A stretch of DNA of 56,555 nt from Candidatus Moraniibacteriota bacterium (GCA_014729725.1 WJJL01000045.1:1-56555); one strand, 5' to 3'. Positions 24,945 through 34,850 are shown, counted from the stretch's first letter. The notes: a model not told the origin generated them from the sequence alone. Numbers and translations: made by a program.

Positions 24945-25994
24945 ATGATAAATCTTAAAGACAAATTTGGCAAAAATCCCTTTTCTTTTTTATTGCCTAT
25001 ATTTATTCTTGTGGTAATTGCCATAAAACCGCAATTACTACCTTTAATAATAATAATTTTTATCTTATTCAAATTAAATGAAAAAGTTTTAAAAAAAATC
25101 TTAAATTTTAATAATAGTAATATGAAGTATAATTCCCAAAACATCAAAGACGCCGTAACCGAAGCATCTCAGAAAACCAAAAAAATAATTTTTCTGGTTG
25201 TAATTTTGATAATGGCTGTAATAATTTTAATAAAATCAATTTCAATTGTAGAAGCCGGTCAAGTCGGAGTTTATTCCTTGTTTGGGAAAGTTAAAGATAA
25301 AGAGCTGGGAAACGGCATCCATATTGTAAATCCGCTGGCAAAAATTACTAAAATGTCGATTAGAACTGAAGAATACACAATGAGTGTAGTAAGCCAGGAA
25401 GGTAGAAAAAGCGGAGTTGACTCAATAAGCGCTCTTACTAAAGAAGGATTGAATATCGATTTGGATATAACTATTTTGTATAGTTTAAACAAAAAAGAAG
25501 CTTCTAAAGTTTATGAACAAGTGGGTTTGAATTATGATGAAAAAATTATTAGACCGGCCATAAGAAGCACTATTCGTTCGGTGGTGGCCAAATACGAAAC
25601 CAAGGCCATTTATTCTGAAAAAAGAGAGGACGCCTCAAAGGAAATTTACGAAACCCTGGATAAAAAATTTAAGCAAAGAGGCATTGTTCTGGAAGATGTG
25701 CTTTTAAGAAATGTAAAATTGCCTTCCAATCTAACCCGGGCCATACAGGAAAAACTGCAAGCCGAGCAAGAGGCTCAAAAATATGATTTTATTTTACAAA
25801 GAGAGGAAAAAGAAAAACAAAGAAAGATTATTGAAGCGCAAGGCCAGAAGGAATCCCAGGAAATAATCAACCAGAGTCTTTCTCAAAATTATCTTAACTA
25901 TCTCTACATAACCAATCTGGAAAACCGGGAGGGAACCATTTATGTTCCCACCAATCCATCAACTGGTATGCCCATGTTTTTCCAAAATAAATAA
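24945..25994 (+). CDS. SPFH/band 7 (prohibitin/HflC-like) protein
   Basis: IVEAGQVGVYSLFGKV..., a coiled-coil EQEAQ region. The true start may be the internal Met near 25122. Confidence 0.8.
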   Translation: MINLKDKFGKNPFSFLLPIFILVVIAIKPQLLPLIIIIFILFKLNEKVLKKILNFNNSNMKYNSQNIKDAVTEASQKTKKIIFLVVILIMAVIILIKSISIVEAGQVGVYSLFGKVKDKELGNGIHIVNPLAKITKMSIRTEEYTMSVVSQEGRKSGVDSISALTKEGLNIDLDITILYSLNKKEASKVYEQVGLNYDEKIIRPAIRSTIRSVVAKYETKAIYSEKREDASKEIYETLDKKFKQRGIVLEDVLLRNVKLPSNLTRAIQEKLQAEQEAQKYDFILQREEKEKQRKIIEAQGQKESQEIINQSLSQNYLNYLYITNLENREGTIYVPTNPSTGMPMFFQNK

Positions 25995-26054
25995 TTTCTA
26001 CTGAATTTTTTGATTTATTGTTAAATTTATACTATTATACAAAGTCATTTCTGG

Positions 26055-26095
26055 AAAAATGAGAATTGCAGTAGTTGATTTGTTTTTCTTCAGAC
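26055..26095 (+). repeat. Copy 1 of a 41-43 nt dispersed repeat
   Basis: AAAAATGAGAATTGCAGTAGTTGATTTGTTTTTCTTCAGAC matches the reverse complement of 46495-46537 with a single 1-nt indel. Confidence 0.85.
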
Positions 26096-26175
26096 TCCTA
26101 AATCCAGATAATGCAATAAAAATATGCTTTCTAAAAAATTAAGCAAAATTTAAAATTTGGAATTAAGTTTTAGAA

Positions 26176-27234
26176 ATGGGAAAAAAACAAGGATTTTTTA
26201 AAAAATTATTTAATAAAAAAGATGATTATAAAGATAACTTCTCTTCAGGAGGAAATAATGTTTATGACAAAAGTATTTTTTCCCAAACCGACGATTTAAA
26301 TATTAAAAACAAAGATGTTTCCAAAGCTAAAAAAAACAAGCCATTTAAAATTCTAAACCTGATTAAAAAAATCTTAATTGTTATAGTTTTCATTGCTTTA
26401 TTTTATGTCATTATTTCAATTATTCTGGATTATAGAGATAGGGTGAAAATCCGAAATCAAAAATTTTTACAAAGAACCCAGGATTTTTCCTTAATCGTGG
26501 AAAGGATTAATGTTTTAGATACCGAAAAAAGCCCTAAAAAAGATAGACTTGAACAAAACGAGCTCTACATTGAAGAATTAAAAAAAGAATTAACGAAAAT
26601 CAAAGAAGCCAAAAAAGAAATTAAAAAAACGCTTGAAAAAAAAGATCAAAATTCCTGGCATTATTTTGGCTTTGACAAAAATTTAGAAGAATTTTATCAA
26701 AATGCTTTACTGGAGCTCAACGAATATGAAAAATTTTACGCTTATGAAATTCAAAGCCATCAAAAAGCCTTGCCCTTGTTATATAGTCAAAGCAATCTTC
26801 TGACTCGTCTAAAAATTTCTGAAAATAATAAAATCGTTGCCAGAGAAACTCTTGAGTTTAAAAAAGAACTGGATGAAGCGCTGCAATACTTTAAGAAGCT
26901 TAAGCCCCCTGAAAAATTAAAAAACTATCATCAAAAAAGTCTTTATTTTTTGGAAAAATATTCCACAATAGTCAATGGTATTTCACAAGGCCTTTATCAA
27001 AAAGATGAAAAAAATTCCCATCAATATCAAAAATCAATAAAAGAATATAGAGATTTTATTAATTCAGATAGATCAATAGAGGAATTAGAAGAATTATGGG
27101 AGTTTTACTTTGAAAAAATGCATCTTGATTTTAAAGAATTAAGACAAGAAGCTGATGATATTAAATCAAGATTTATTTACGACAGCGCTTATCTTGGAAC
27201 GCAAAGCGTTCCGATTTATATTGAAGCTTGGTAA
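26176..27234 (+). CDS. Hypothetical membrane-anchored coiled-coil protein
   Basis: 352 aa, one TM after a basic N-terminus, K/E-rich helices. Confidence 0.45.
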   Translation: MGKKQGFFKKLFNKKDDYKDNFSSGGNNVYDKSIFSQTDDLNIKNKDVSKAKKNKPFKILNLIKKILIVIVFIALFYVIISIILDYRDRVKIRNQKFLQRTQDFSLIVERINVLDTEKSPKKDRLEQNELYIEELKKELTKIKEAKKEIKKTLEKKDQNSWHYFGFDKNLEEFYQNALLELNEYEKFYAYEIQSHQKALPLLYSQSNLLTRLKISENNKIVARETLEFKKELDEALQYFKKLKPPEKLKNYHQKSLYFLEKYSTIVNGISQGLYQKDEKNSHQYQKSIKEYRDFINSDRSIEELEELWEFYFEKMHLDFKELRQEADDIKSRFIYDSAYLGTQSVPIYIEAW

Positions 27235-27312
27235 CCTAAAGATATTTTACCCTAGTCAAGCTATTCTTCTTCAGGTTCCTTTATTGAAAGGTTTTAAAGA
27301 TTGAAATTTATT

Positions 27313-28209
27313 ATGAAACAGTCTATTGAAGATAAAAAAATTATAGCCATAGTTGGACCGACCAGCTGCAGCAAAACTAAAATCGCAATTAATCTGGCTA
27401 AAAAATTTAACGGCGAAATTGTTGGCGCCGATTCCAGACAAATTTACAAAGGTTTGGATATCGGGACCGGCAAAGATTTGGAAGAATACGGCGATCTTCC
27501 TTATCATTTAATCGACATCGTTAAGCCCGATTATCGTTATTCTTTAGCTCAATACCAAAACCGGGCTTATAAAGCTATTGATTCAATTTTAAAAAAACAA
27601 AAAATTCCTTTTTTGGTTGGCGGAAGCGGTTTATATTTAAATTCCGTTTTAAACGGCATCAGCCTTCCCAAAGCAAAACCTAACCAAAAATTAAGGAAAA
27701 AATTACAAAATATGCAAGATAAAGAAAGAATTAAATTGCTAAAAAGCTATAATCCACCCCGAAACTTTGATTTTAACAATCCCAGAAGAGTTATAAGAGC
27801 TATTGAAATCTGCATTCAAACCGGCAGTAAAATTTTTAAAATAGCCAATAAAAACCAACCCCGTTATAACAGTTTGGTTTTGGGGAAAACCTTCCCTATA
27901 AATCAAATTCGAGAACGAATAAAAAAAAGAGTGGATAAATGGATGAATCAAGGCCTTGTTCAGGAAGTTAAAGAATTAAAAGATAACGGTTTAAGCTGGC
28001 AAAGGCTGGATGAAATTGGTTTGGAATACCGGTATGTTTCTTATTATCTTCAGGGTAAAATCGATTACAAAACCCTGATTGATAAATTAATTATCGCCAC
28101 CGGCCAATATGCTAAAAGACAAATAACATGGTTTAAAAAAGATAAACGAATAATTTGGATTAAAAACAGGAAAGAAGCTCAGGAAAAAATCCGGAATTTT
28201 TTATCTTAA
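27313..28209 (+). CDS. miaA: tRNA dimethylallyltransferase
   Basis: IAIVGPTSCSKT P-loop, DSRQIYKGLDIGT, GGSGLYL. The start is placed at the ATG inside the ORF that opens at 27301. Confidence 0.9.
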   Translation: MKQSIEDKKIIAIVGPTSCSKTKIAINLAKKFNGEIVGADSRQIYKGLDIGTGKDLEEYGDLPYHLIDIVKPDYRYSLAQYQNRAYKAIDSILKKQKIPFLVGGSGLYLNSVLNGISLPKAKPNQKLRKKLQNMQDKERIKLLKSYNPPRNFDFNNPRRVIRAIEICIQTGSKIFKIANKNQPRYNSLVLGKTFPINQIRERIKKRVDKWMNQGLVQEVKELKDNGLSWQRLDEIGLEYRYVSYYLQGKIDYKTLIDKLIIATGQYAKRQITWFKKDKRIIWIKNRKEAQEKIRNFLS

Positions 28210-28428
28210 GCAAAGAAAGCTTCAATTCTATAAATATATGAAAACCGCTTTGTTTGTTTTATGCCAAAAAAATGCTGGCAAATAAATTAATGACCGCAAC
28301 GCGGAAAATCTTTTAAAAAACGATCTTGAAAACTCTTGGAAATTATGCGCATAAATAAACCTTGCACTTATTGAGTTAGCGGGAAAAACTAAATTTTTGA
28401 ATTAAAAAAATCAAGCAGTTTGATTTTG

Positions 28429-28501
28429 AGCCAAGAATGGGAATCGAACCCATGACCTACGCGTTACGAATGCGTTGCTCTGCCGACTGAGCTACCTTGG
28501 C
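28429..28501 (-). tRNA. tRNA-Thr (anticodon CGU)
   Basis: Hand-folded cloverleaf: GCCAAGG acceptor, GCTCAGTCGGCAGAGC D arm, anticodon loop TT-CGT-AA, GGGTTCGATTCCC T arm. No encoded CCA. Confidence 0.85.
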
Positions 28502-28505
28502 AAGT

Positions 28506-29369
28506 CTAGCTGTCGGAATTGTTTTTAATCACCTGAGTTTCAAATTTTTCCATATCGCTGTCGCTAAAACGAAGGGTGGAATTTTCTTTATCCCAATAAT
28601 AATTATCCAATAAAACTATAATTTTATAATTTTTTATTTGCTCATTTAACCATTGATCAAAATCAACCTCGGTTTGAGTGGTTTGTTTTTCATTTTCATC
28701 GCTACTTTGATCATCTTTAATTATTTTACTTTGAATCAAAAACTCTTTTAAATTTTTTTTATATAACGCGTTTTTTAAAATATTTTGTTCAAAATAATCG
28801 GTTTCAATATTATAAGTCTGCTCGATTTTTTCATCCAATTTTCTTTTTCCTCCGTTTAAATTAGCTATTTTTTCACTTTGTTCTTGAATTTGATCTTGGG
28901 TGACAGTTACATTATATTTTTGAGCTAAATCTTCGATAATTTGATTTTCTATCATGTTTTGCAGGGTGTTTTTTTGAGCCACCTTAAAAAACTTTACCCC
29001 CTTGTCTTTGGCTAAATCAAATTCTTCAAAGCTGGTCATTACGCTGTTTAAATTATGGTAGCGACGAATCAATTCTACATTCTGCCTGTAATCTTTGTAA
29101 GTGATTGTTTTAGTTTTTCCAATTATTACAGCTGGATAAGGTACGGCTTTTGAGGCATAAACCGTCACAAAATTATTCCAATTTAAAAAATAAATTCCAA
29201 AACCCACCAATAAAAAAATCACCAAAAGCGCGCTTAAAAAAATCGCTATACTCATTAATATCTTGTTGATTTTAACGGTTTTATTGATCTTTTTAAGCAG
29301 TTTTGAAATCTGTTTTAGATTTAAAGATTTCTCGAATTTTTTCTTCTTGTTTTTTTTACTTTTTTTCAT
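28506..29369 (-). CDS. Hypothetical membrane-anchored protein (SurA N-terminal-like chaperone?)
   Basis: 287 aa, basic N-terminus plus one TM. The family assignment is weak. Confidence 0.4.
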   Translation of the reverse strand: MKKSKKNKKKKFEKSLNLKQISKLLKKINKTVKINKILMSIAIFLSALLVIFLLVGFGIYFLNWNNFVTVYASKAVPYPAVIIGKTKTITYKDYRQNVELIRRYHNLNSVMTSFEEFDLAKDKGVKFFKVAQKNTLQNMIENQIIEDLAQKYNVTVTQDQIQEQSEKIANLNGGKRKLDEKIEQTYNIETDYFEQNILKNALYKKNLKEFLIQSKIIKDDQSSDENEKQTTQTEVDFDQWLNEQIKNYKIIVLLDNYYWDKENSTLRFSDSDMEKFETQVIKNNSDS

Positions 29370-29414
29370 TTATAATTTATAGTTAGCGATAATCTTTGAT
29401 TGTTTTTTTACTGA

Positions 29415-29846
29415 TCAGGAAAAGAAATAATCCCACCATTTTTGGGAATTGGATTTTTGCTCAACTTTTGCCCCCTCCTTATTGTGAACCTGATTGTGAA
29501 CCTGACCTTGCCCAGATTCCTGATTTGTTTGTTCCGGATCCTTCTCTTTTGCCGGCTCTTTGGTTTTTATCATTATTACCTTTTCTCCTTCTTTTTTAAC
29601 ATTTAATTTTTCTTTAGCCTCTTTTTGAGAAAAACTTAAACTTTTAAAATATTCGATTGATCCTTTCAATTTTTGATTTCTTTGTTCCATTTCCTGAACC
29701 TGATGCCTTAAATTCTCCACTTCCTTTTTTATCTTATGTTTTTTATAAATTACTTTAAAAATACCATAACCCCATAAAATTAAAAAACCACAAACAACAA
29801 ATAAGAAAAACTTAATCCAAAAAATCGAATTGTTATTGTTTTTCAT
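29415..29846 (-). CDS. Septum formation initiator family protein (FtsB/DivIC-like)
   Basis: N-terminal TM then a coiled coil (EVENLRHQVQEMEQRNQKLK) and EAKEKLNVKKEGEKVI. The C-terminal tail contains a tandem VHNQ-VHNK. Confidence 0.6.
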   Translation of the reverse strand: MKNNNNSIFWIKFFLFVVCGFLILWGYGIFKVIYKKHKIKKEVENLRHQVQEMEQRNQKLKGSIEYFKSLSFSQKEAKEKLNVKKEGEKVIMIKTKEPAKEKDPEQTNQESGQGQVHNQVHNKEGAKVEQKSNSQKWWDYFFS

Positions 29847-29929
29847 ACTAAAATTTAACTATAAATCCTTAAACCCTTAGTGATTGATGGGGGCTGATAA
29901 TGTTTGGAAATCACTTATTAAAATAACTA

Positions 29930-29979
29930 ATTATCTTGAATTACGAAATTAAAAATCAATTGATTGGCTGTTTCTTAAA
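29930..29979 (-). promoter_or_regulatory. Conserved promoter-like element, copy A
   Basis: Minus strand reads TTAAGAAACAGCCAATCAA-TTGATT-tttaatttcgtaattcaa-GATAAT. Lies upstream of the ftsB-like gene. Confidence 0.5.
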
Positions 29980-30011
29980 TTAACTTTGTAATTAAAAGTA
30001 ATTATCACTGG

Positions 30012-30545
30012 TCATTTATTTTTTTCTTTTCTTAATTGGTTGATTGCATGCATTAATCCTTCAGGATCTTTTACATTAAAAGCCACTATTTTTCCGCCTT
30101 CTTTGATTTCAATAATTAAAGTTCCAATATTAAACAAACCGGCCCAAATCCCTTCTTTATAAATGGCCAAATTTGAAATATCGCTTAACAAAGCTTCAGT
30201 TACCATTCTTCTGGTTAAATCTTTTTGATTGATATCGATTACTCTTTCGTCGGTTATAGTAATACAAGTAGAATACCAAACCACAAATTTAAAAATCAAA
30301 AAAGCAATACTGAAAATCAAAAGCAATAAAAAAATTATCAATTTCCAAATGCTTTCAGGCATGAAATAATAAAAAGCTCCACAAACCCCCAACAAAATCA
30401 AAAATTGGAAAAAACTGCCTGAAAAAGAAAAAATATGCTGCCTTACTACTGCCAGCAATTTTTCATTTTTGGATAAGCTTAAATTAAATAAACTCATAGG
30501 TTTAATTATGGCTAGATTATGGCTAGCATTAATGATTGAAACCAC
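30012..30545 (-). CDS. Bacterial PH domain (bPH_2/YdbS-like) membrane protein
   Basis: Two TM helices followed by ITDERVIDINQKDLTRRMV...IGTLIIE. Confidence 0.6.
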   Translation of the reverse strand: MVSIINASHNLAIIKPMSLFNLSLSKNEKLLAVVRQHIFSFSGSFFQFLILLGVCGAFYYFMPESIWKLIIFLLLLIFSIAFLIFKFVVWYSTCITITDERVIDINQKDLTRRMVTEALLSDISNLAIYKEGIWAGLFNIGTLIIEIKEGGKIVAFNVKDPEGLMHAINQLRKEKNK

Positions 30546-30649
30546 TCATTTAACTTTGATTTTCTGTTTTAAAATGAAACTGCTGATCTGAGGGGCAAAA
30601 TGGCTCTGCTATCAAAATAATTATAACTCATAAATCTTTATCGAAAATC

Positions 30650-30742
30650 TTAAAAAAGCGGCACTAAAGTAAAAAATATCATACCTAAAAGCAAAATTAA
30701 AGCCACCACTATTTTTACAATTTTAAATTTTTTCTTCTTCAT
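30650..30742 (-). CDS. Possible 30-aa hydrophobic micropeptide
   Basis: ATG at 30742 to TAA at 30650-30652: MKKKKFKIVKIVVALILLLGMIFFTLVPLF. Below the ORF-track cutoff. No other support. Confidence 0.2.
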   Translation of the reverse strand: MKKKKFKIVKIVVALILLLGMIFFTLVPLF

Positions 30743-30840
30743 AATAAAATAATATCATAATTTTAAAATATTAGTAGGGATTACACATTTAAAAAAATTT
30801 CCAAATCAGGGAGTTTAATTTTTTTCAAACATTTCCCAAT

Positions 30841-30890
30841 ATATCTTAAATCAGGAAATTAAAGGTCAATTGATTTGCTGTTTTGTTTAA
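30841..30890 (-). promoter_or_regulatory. Conserved promoter-like element, copy C
   Basis: Minus strand reads AAACAAAACAGCAAATCAA-TTGACC-tttaatttcctgattta-AGATAT. Confidence 0.45.
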
Positions 30891-30936
30891 ACCAGACTGT
30901 TTCAAGAAAAAGTGATTATGGCTCAAATAACAATAA

Positions 30937-31000
30937 ACCAAAAAAGGAGTTACGAATTTAGGTAAATTTTTAAAAAATTTACCAAAACCGTAACTCCTTT
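30937..31000 (-). terminator. Strong hairpin terminator after the 31012-31506 gene
   Basis: 12-bp perfect stem AAAGGAGTTACG/CGTAACTCCTTT with an inner GGTAAATTTTT/AAAAATTTACC stem, followed by a T-run on the minus strand. Confidence 0.7.
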
Positions 31001-31011
31001 TGTATTTATAT

Positions 31012-31506
31012 TTATTTTGATGTTTTATTAGCGGATTGTGATTGCGACTGGGAAAAAGCCAAATAACCGGGAACAATCAAATTAACAATCGGCACCAAAG
31101 TAAGTACCCCCCACCAATTTGGTTTTCCAAGTCTTTCCGCAATTTTCATCCAGCTTATAACGTTAATTACCAGCATGGCAATTCCGGCGATAAAATTTAC
31201 TACAGGAATAAACATTCCTACAAAAACAAGCGCCAACCATGGAGACATTTTAGCGACTTGAAGCTGTAATACAACATTGGCAACAGGAATCCAAGCCATC
31301 CAGGCATTGTTTACATTCAATCTTTTGGCGATTTTCATTAAGCAAATAGCATAATAAACATAAAGGGCAATCCCTAAAATAAGAAATATTATACCAAAAG
31401 TAGCAAAAGTAGCCGCAATAGCCCCGGCTGCCGTTGGATCTAACTGTTCTGCGCCACTTGAATATTCATAAGTTGTTGAGTAATCCATTTTTTCACCCCC
31501 TTTCAC
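31012..31506 (-). CDS. Hypothetical polytopic membrane protein
   Basis: 164 aa, 4 predicted TM helices, NAWMAWIPVANVV motif. Family uncertain. Confidence 0.5.
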   Translation of the reverse strand: MKGGEKMDYSTTYEYSSGAEQLDPTAAGAIAATFATFGIIFLILGIALYVYYAICLMKIAKRLNVNNAWMAWIPVANVVLQLQVAKMSPWLALVFVGMFIPVVNFIAGIAMLVINVISWMKIAERLGKPNWWGVLTLVPIVNLIVPGYLAFSQSQSQSANKTSK

Positions 31507-31751
31507 TAAAAATTATATCCCCCTAATTATCTTTAAGTATATTTAATTTTTATTTATAGTAAAGACCTTATTAATTAAGAAAAAAAATAAAAAAATTTCA
31601 GGTGGTAAAAAGTCTTTATTTAAAGGGACTTTGCTTAATTAAAAAATTTTTCTATCACCTAAGGAAAAAATTAATGGTTTAAATCCATCTATATTTTTTT
31701 ATTTTTTGAAAATTGATTAAGTTAATTAAGATTAAAATAACCTCTTTAAAT

Positions 31752-31837
31752 TGGTGCCGCGGGGGAGACTCGAACTCCCATGGGAAAATCCCACCAGTTC
31801 CTAAGACTGGCGTGTCTACCAATTCCACCACCGCGGC
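31752..31837 (-). tRNA. tRNA-Leu (anticodon UAG), class II with long variable arm, CCA encoded
   Basis: GCCGCGG acceptor, anticodon stem-loop CCAGT-CT-TAG-GA-ACTGG, long variable arm, GGGAGTTCGAGTCTCCC T arm, ...GCACCA 3' end. Confidence 0.85.
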
Positions 31838-32020
31838 CTTTACTTTTCTTGAATTTTAATAATACTAAAAAAAAGCTTTAAAAATCAAGTTTTTGAATAA
31901 CCCAATCCCCTTAATAAATCTCTGAAAAAAAGATAACCCGACCAAATAAAAAGTCAATCGATTAATTGATAAATATTGGCTTAAAAATCTTAATTCCCTA
32001 ATTCAAAGCAATTTCTACAA

Positions 32021-32449
32021 TTATTTTAATTCTTCAATAATATCAACATCTCCGCTCATACAGTTTCCGTTATAATACAAAACCGGCACAGAAATATTTT
32101 GAGGCTTTTCCTTCCCGCATTTTTCAAAAGCTTTTAAATAAATTTTCTGATTAGCTTTTTGAGCAAAAACCTCTAATATTTCAATTTTCTTTTTTTCCTT
32201 TAAATTGTTTTGTTCAATATAATTTTCCACCTTTTCACAATGACCACATCCCTCCCCTACAAAAAGATAATAAACTCCTTGGTTTAAATCACTTTGTTGC
32301 CCGGATTGGTTGTTGGAGGAATCTTTTTGTTGGACTGAATCATCTTCAATATTATTTTGAATATTGGAAGAATTAAATTTTTTTAAACCTACTAAAAATC
32401 CAATCACCAATGAAAGAACCAACCCAATAATCAGAAATTGTTTGTTCAT
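32021..32449 (-). CDS. Membrane-anchored thioredoxin-fold protein (CGHC active site)
   Basis: N-terminal TM, then a Q/N/S-rich linker, then YYLFVGEGCGHCEKVE. Confidence 0.6.
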   Translation of the reverse strand: MNKQFLIIGLVLSLVIGFLVGLKKFNSSNIQNNIEDDSVQQKDSSNNQSGQQSDLNQGVYYLFVGEGCGHCEKVENYIEQNNLKEKKKIEILEVFAQKANQKIYLKAFEKCGKEKPQNISVPVLYYNGNCMSGDVDIIEELK

Positions 32450-32511
32450 AATTTTAAAAAATTAATTTATTAGTTTAAATATAAAAAAATTGATCTATTT
32501 TTCAAAGACTC

Positions 32512-33360
32512 CTAAATTAACTTAAAAAGATTAAAGCAATTTTTAGTAGTTTGATCGTACACCTCTTGCCTATCGAGTCCTTTAATTTGAGCGATTTTGT
32601 CGGCCACCAACTCCACATTATTAGGAGTGTTTCTCTGCCCTCTTTTGGGAACCGGCGACAAATAAGGACAGTCAGTTTCAACCAATATCTTTTTTAAATC
32701 AATTTTCTCAATCAGTTTATCATAATCACCGGAAAAAGTAATAATTCCTGTAAATCCGATATAAAATCCTAATTTAAGGAATGTATTTGCAATCTCCGAA
32801 TTTCCTCCATAACAATGAATTACTCCCCTTAGGTCATAGTCCCCAAAATTCTTTTTAAAATCTTGTAAAATGTTTAACATATCCCAATAAGCATCATTCT
32901 TGTGATAAGAACGAACATGCAAAACCAACGGTAAATTACTAATTCTGGCTAATCTCAAATGAGCTTTAAACAGTTCTTTTTGCTTTTTTATCAATTTATC
33001 CGATTTCCCGGCTTTTTCTTGAAGTTTTCCCTCTTTTTTAAAAATGTGAAAGTAATCCAATCCAGTCTCTCCCACCGCTATCACCTTTTCATTATTATTA
33101 ATTAAATCCAGCATACACTGCTCGTCATAAGTTTCATCCAAAACATGAATCGGATGAACCCCCACAGCGGTATAAACTCCATTGGAATAATCTTGAGATA
33201 TTTCCGTGGCTTTTCGACTCGTCTCAAAATCAGAACCGATATTGATCATCCAAACTCCCGCTTCCAAAGCTTTATCAATCACTTCTCGCCGATCTTTCTC
33301 AAAGGCTTCAAAATTAACATGAGCGTGTGAGTCAATTAATTTTAATTTTCCCATTTGCAT
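32512..33360 (-). CDS. tatD: TatD family metal-dependent hydrolase
   Basis: LIDSHAHVNF, GETGLDY, VLHVRS, ETDCPYL. Confidence 0.9.
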   Translation of the reverse strand: MQMGKLKLIDSHAHVNFEAFEKDRREVIDKALEAGVWMINIGSDFETSRKATEISQDYSNGVYTAVGVHPIHVLDETYDEQCMLDLINNNEKVIAVGETGLDYFHIFKKEGKLQEKAGKSDKLIKKQKELFKAHLRLARISNLPLVLHVRSYHKNDAYWDMLNILQDFKKNFGDYDLRGVIHCYGGNSEIANTFLKLGFYIGFTGIITFSGDYDKLIEKIDLKKILVETDCPYLSPVPKRGQRNTPNNVELVADKIAQIKGLDRQEVYDQTTKNCFNLFKLI

Positions 33361-33377
33361 AATCCAAATTTAAGTTA

Positions 33378-34829
33378 CTATTTTTTAAAAAGCGGTTTGG
33401 GCTCGCCTGATTCCAGCTGATTTAACATTTCCTTGGAAATATCCGGCATAAAAGGTTTTATGAGCCGGGCCACCAAAATCAGTCTGCGATACAAAGTTAT
33501 TAAAACTTTTTGGCACTGAATTTTATCTGTCTTGGCTAACTCCCAGGGCTTGTTGGCTTCAATATATTTGTTGCTTTGGGAGATATATTTATCAATTTTC
33601 TTAATCGCTTTAAATATTTTTAAATTATCCATAAAATTTAAAAAACCATCCAAATCAAAATCAAATTCTTTTTGAAAATCTAAATCTTGATGTTTATAAG
33701 GATCGATTTTAAACGCTTTGTCTTTAACTTCAAATTTATTCATCATCACTAAGACACGCTGAAGAAGATTGCCCAAATCATTAGCCAGATTAGCCTTATA
33801 CTGAGCTTCCAGTTTTTCCAGAGAAATATCGCCGTCCTCTCCAACCGGAAATTGATTTAAAATCAAGTATCGAGTCGCGTCTTTACCCCATTTTTCCACA
33901 AGGTCGTTAGGATCAATAACATTGCCTATGGTCTTGCTCATTTTTTCTCCATTTATAGTGAAATACCCGTGAGCAAAAACCTGTTTGGGCAAAGGAAGCT
34001 TCAAACTCAATAAAATCGCCGGCCAATAAATGATATGGAATTTGGTAATATCTTTGCCAATCAAATGAAGATCCGCTGGCCAGAATTTTTTAAACTTCCC
34101 GGCTTGCCTGCCTTGTTTGCCATAATCCAAGGCGCTTATATAATTCATCAAAGCCTCAACCCAGACATAGATCTTTTGGGTTTTATCAAAAGGCACATCA
34201 ATTCCCCATTCAACGGACTCTCTGGAAATGGAAAAATCCTCTAAATTAGTGTCAAGCAGACTTATTATCTCGTTTTTTCTTTTTTGGGGCCGCACCAAAA
34301 GCTCGTCTTTTTTTACCTTTTCTTTAATAACTCCGGTATATTTGGAAAGTTTAAAAAAATAATTTTTCTCCCTGATCAGTTCCGGCTCCACCTGATGATC
34401 CGCGCATTTTCCATCAATTAGTTCCTTTTGAGTTAAAAATTTCTCACAACCTGTGCAATAAAAACCTTCATAATCGGCTTTATAAATATCCCCATTTTCT
34501 TTTAACTGTTTTATCATTTTGACAACTCCTTTTTTGTGCAATTCACTGGTTGTTCTGATAAAGCTATCAAAAGTAATATCCAAATTAAGCCAGGCCTTTT
34601 CAAATTGCCCCGCGACTTGATCGCAAAATTCCTGAGGATTTTTTCCAAACTCTTGAGCTTTTTGAGCAACTTTGGCTCCATGTTCATCGGTCCCGGTTAA
34701 AAAAAACACTTTCTTTCCTTTAAGCCTGAGGTATCTAGCCAAGACATCGGCGATTAAAGTGGTGTAGGCGTGAGCTATATGTGGTTTGGCATTTACATAA
34801 TAAATGGGAGTTGTAATATAGTATTTCAT
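33378..34829 (-). CDS. metG: Methionyl-tRNA synthetase (short form)
   Basis: YYITTPIYYVNAKPHIAHAYT, zinc knuckle CTGCEKF...CADH, KMSKTIGN. Confidence 0.95.
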   Translation of the reverse strand: MKYYITTPIYYVNAKPHIAHAYTTLIADVLARYLRLKGKKVFFLTGTDEHGAKVAQKAQEFGKNPQEFCDQVAGQFEKAWLNLDITFDSFIRTTSELHKKGVVKMIKQLKENGDIYKADYEGFYCTGCEKFLTQKELIDGKCADHQVEPELIREKNYFFKLSKYTGVIKEKVKKDELLVRPQKRKNEIISLLDTNLEDFSISRESVEWGIDVPFDKTQKIYVWVEALMNYISALDYGKQGRQAGKFKKFWPADLHLIGKDITKFHIIYWPAILLSLKLPLPKQVFAHGYFTINGEKMSKTIGNVIDPNDLVEKWGKDATRYLILNQFPVGEDGDISLEKLEAQYKANLANDLGNLLQRVLVMMNKFEVKDKAFKIDPYKHQDLDFQKEFDFDLDGFLNFMDNLKIFKAIKKIDKYISQSNKYIEANKPWELAKTDKIQCQKVLITLYRRLILVARLIKPFMPDISKEMLNQLESGEPKPLFKK

Positions 34830-34850
34830 TTAATATTCTTAGCCGACTTA

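Noticed and set aside
30846-31076. 76-aa minus-strand ORF
   Set aside because: It spans the strong terminator hairpin (30943-31000) and promoter-like element C, and overlaps the 3' end of the 31012-31506 gene. Most likely spurious.
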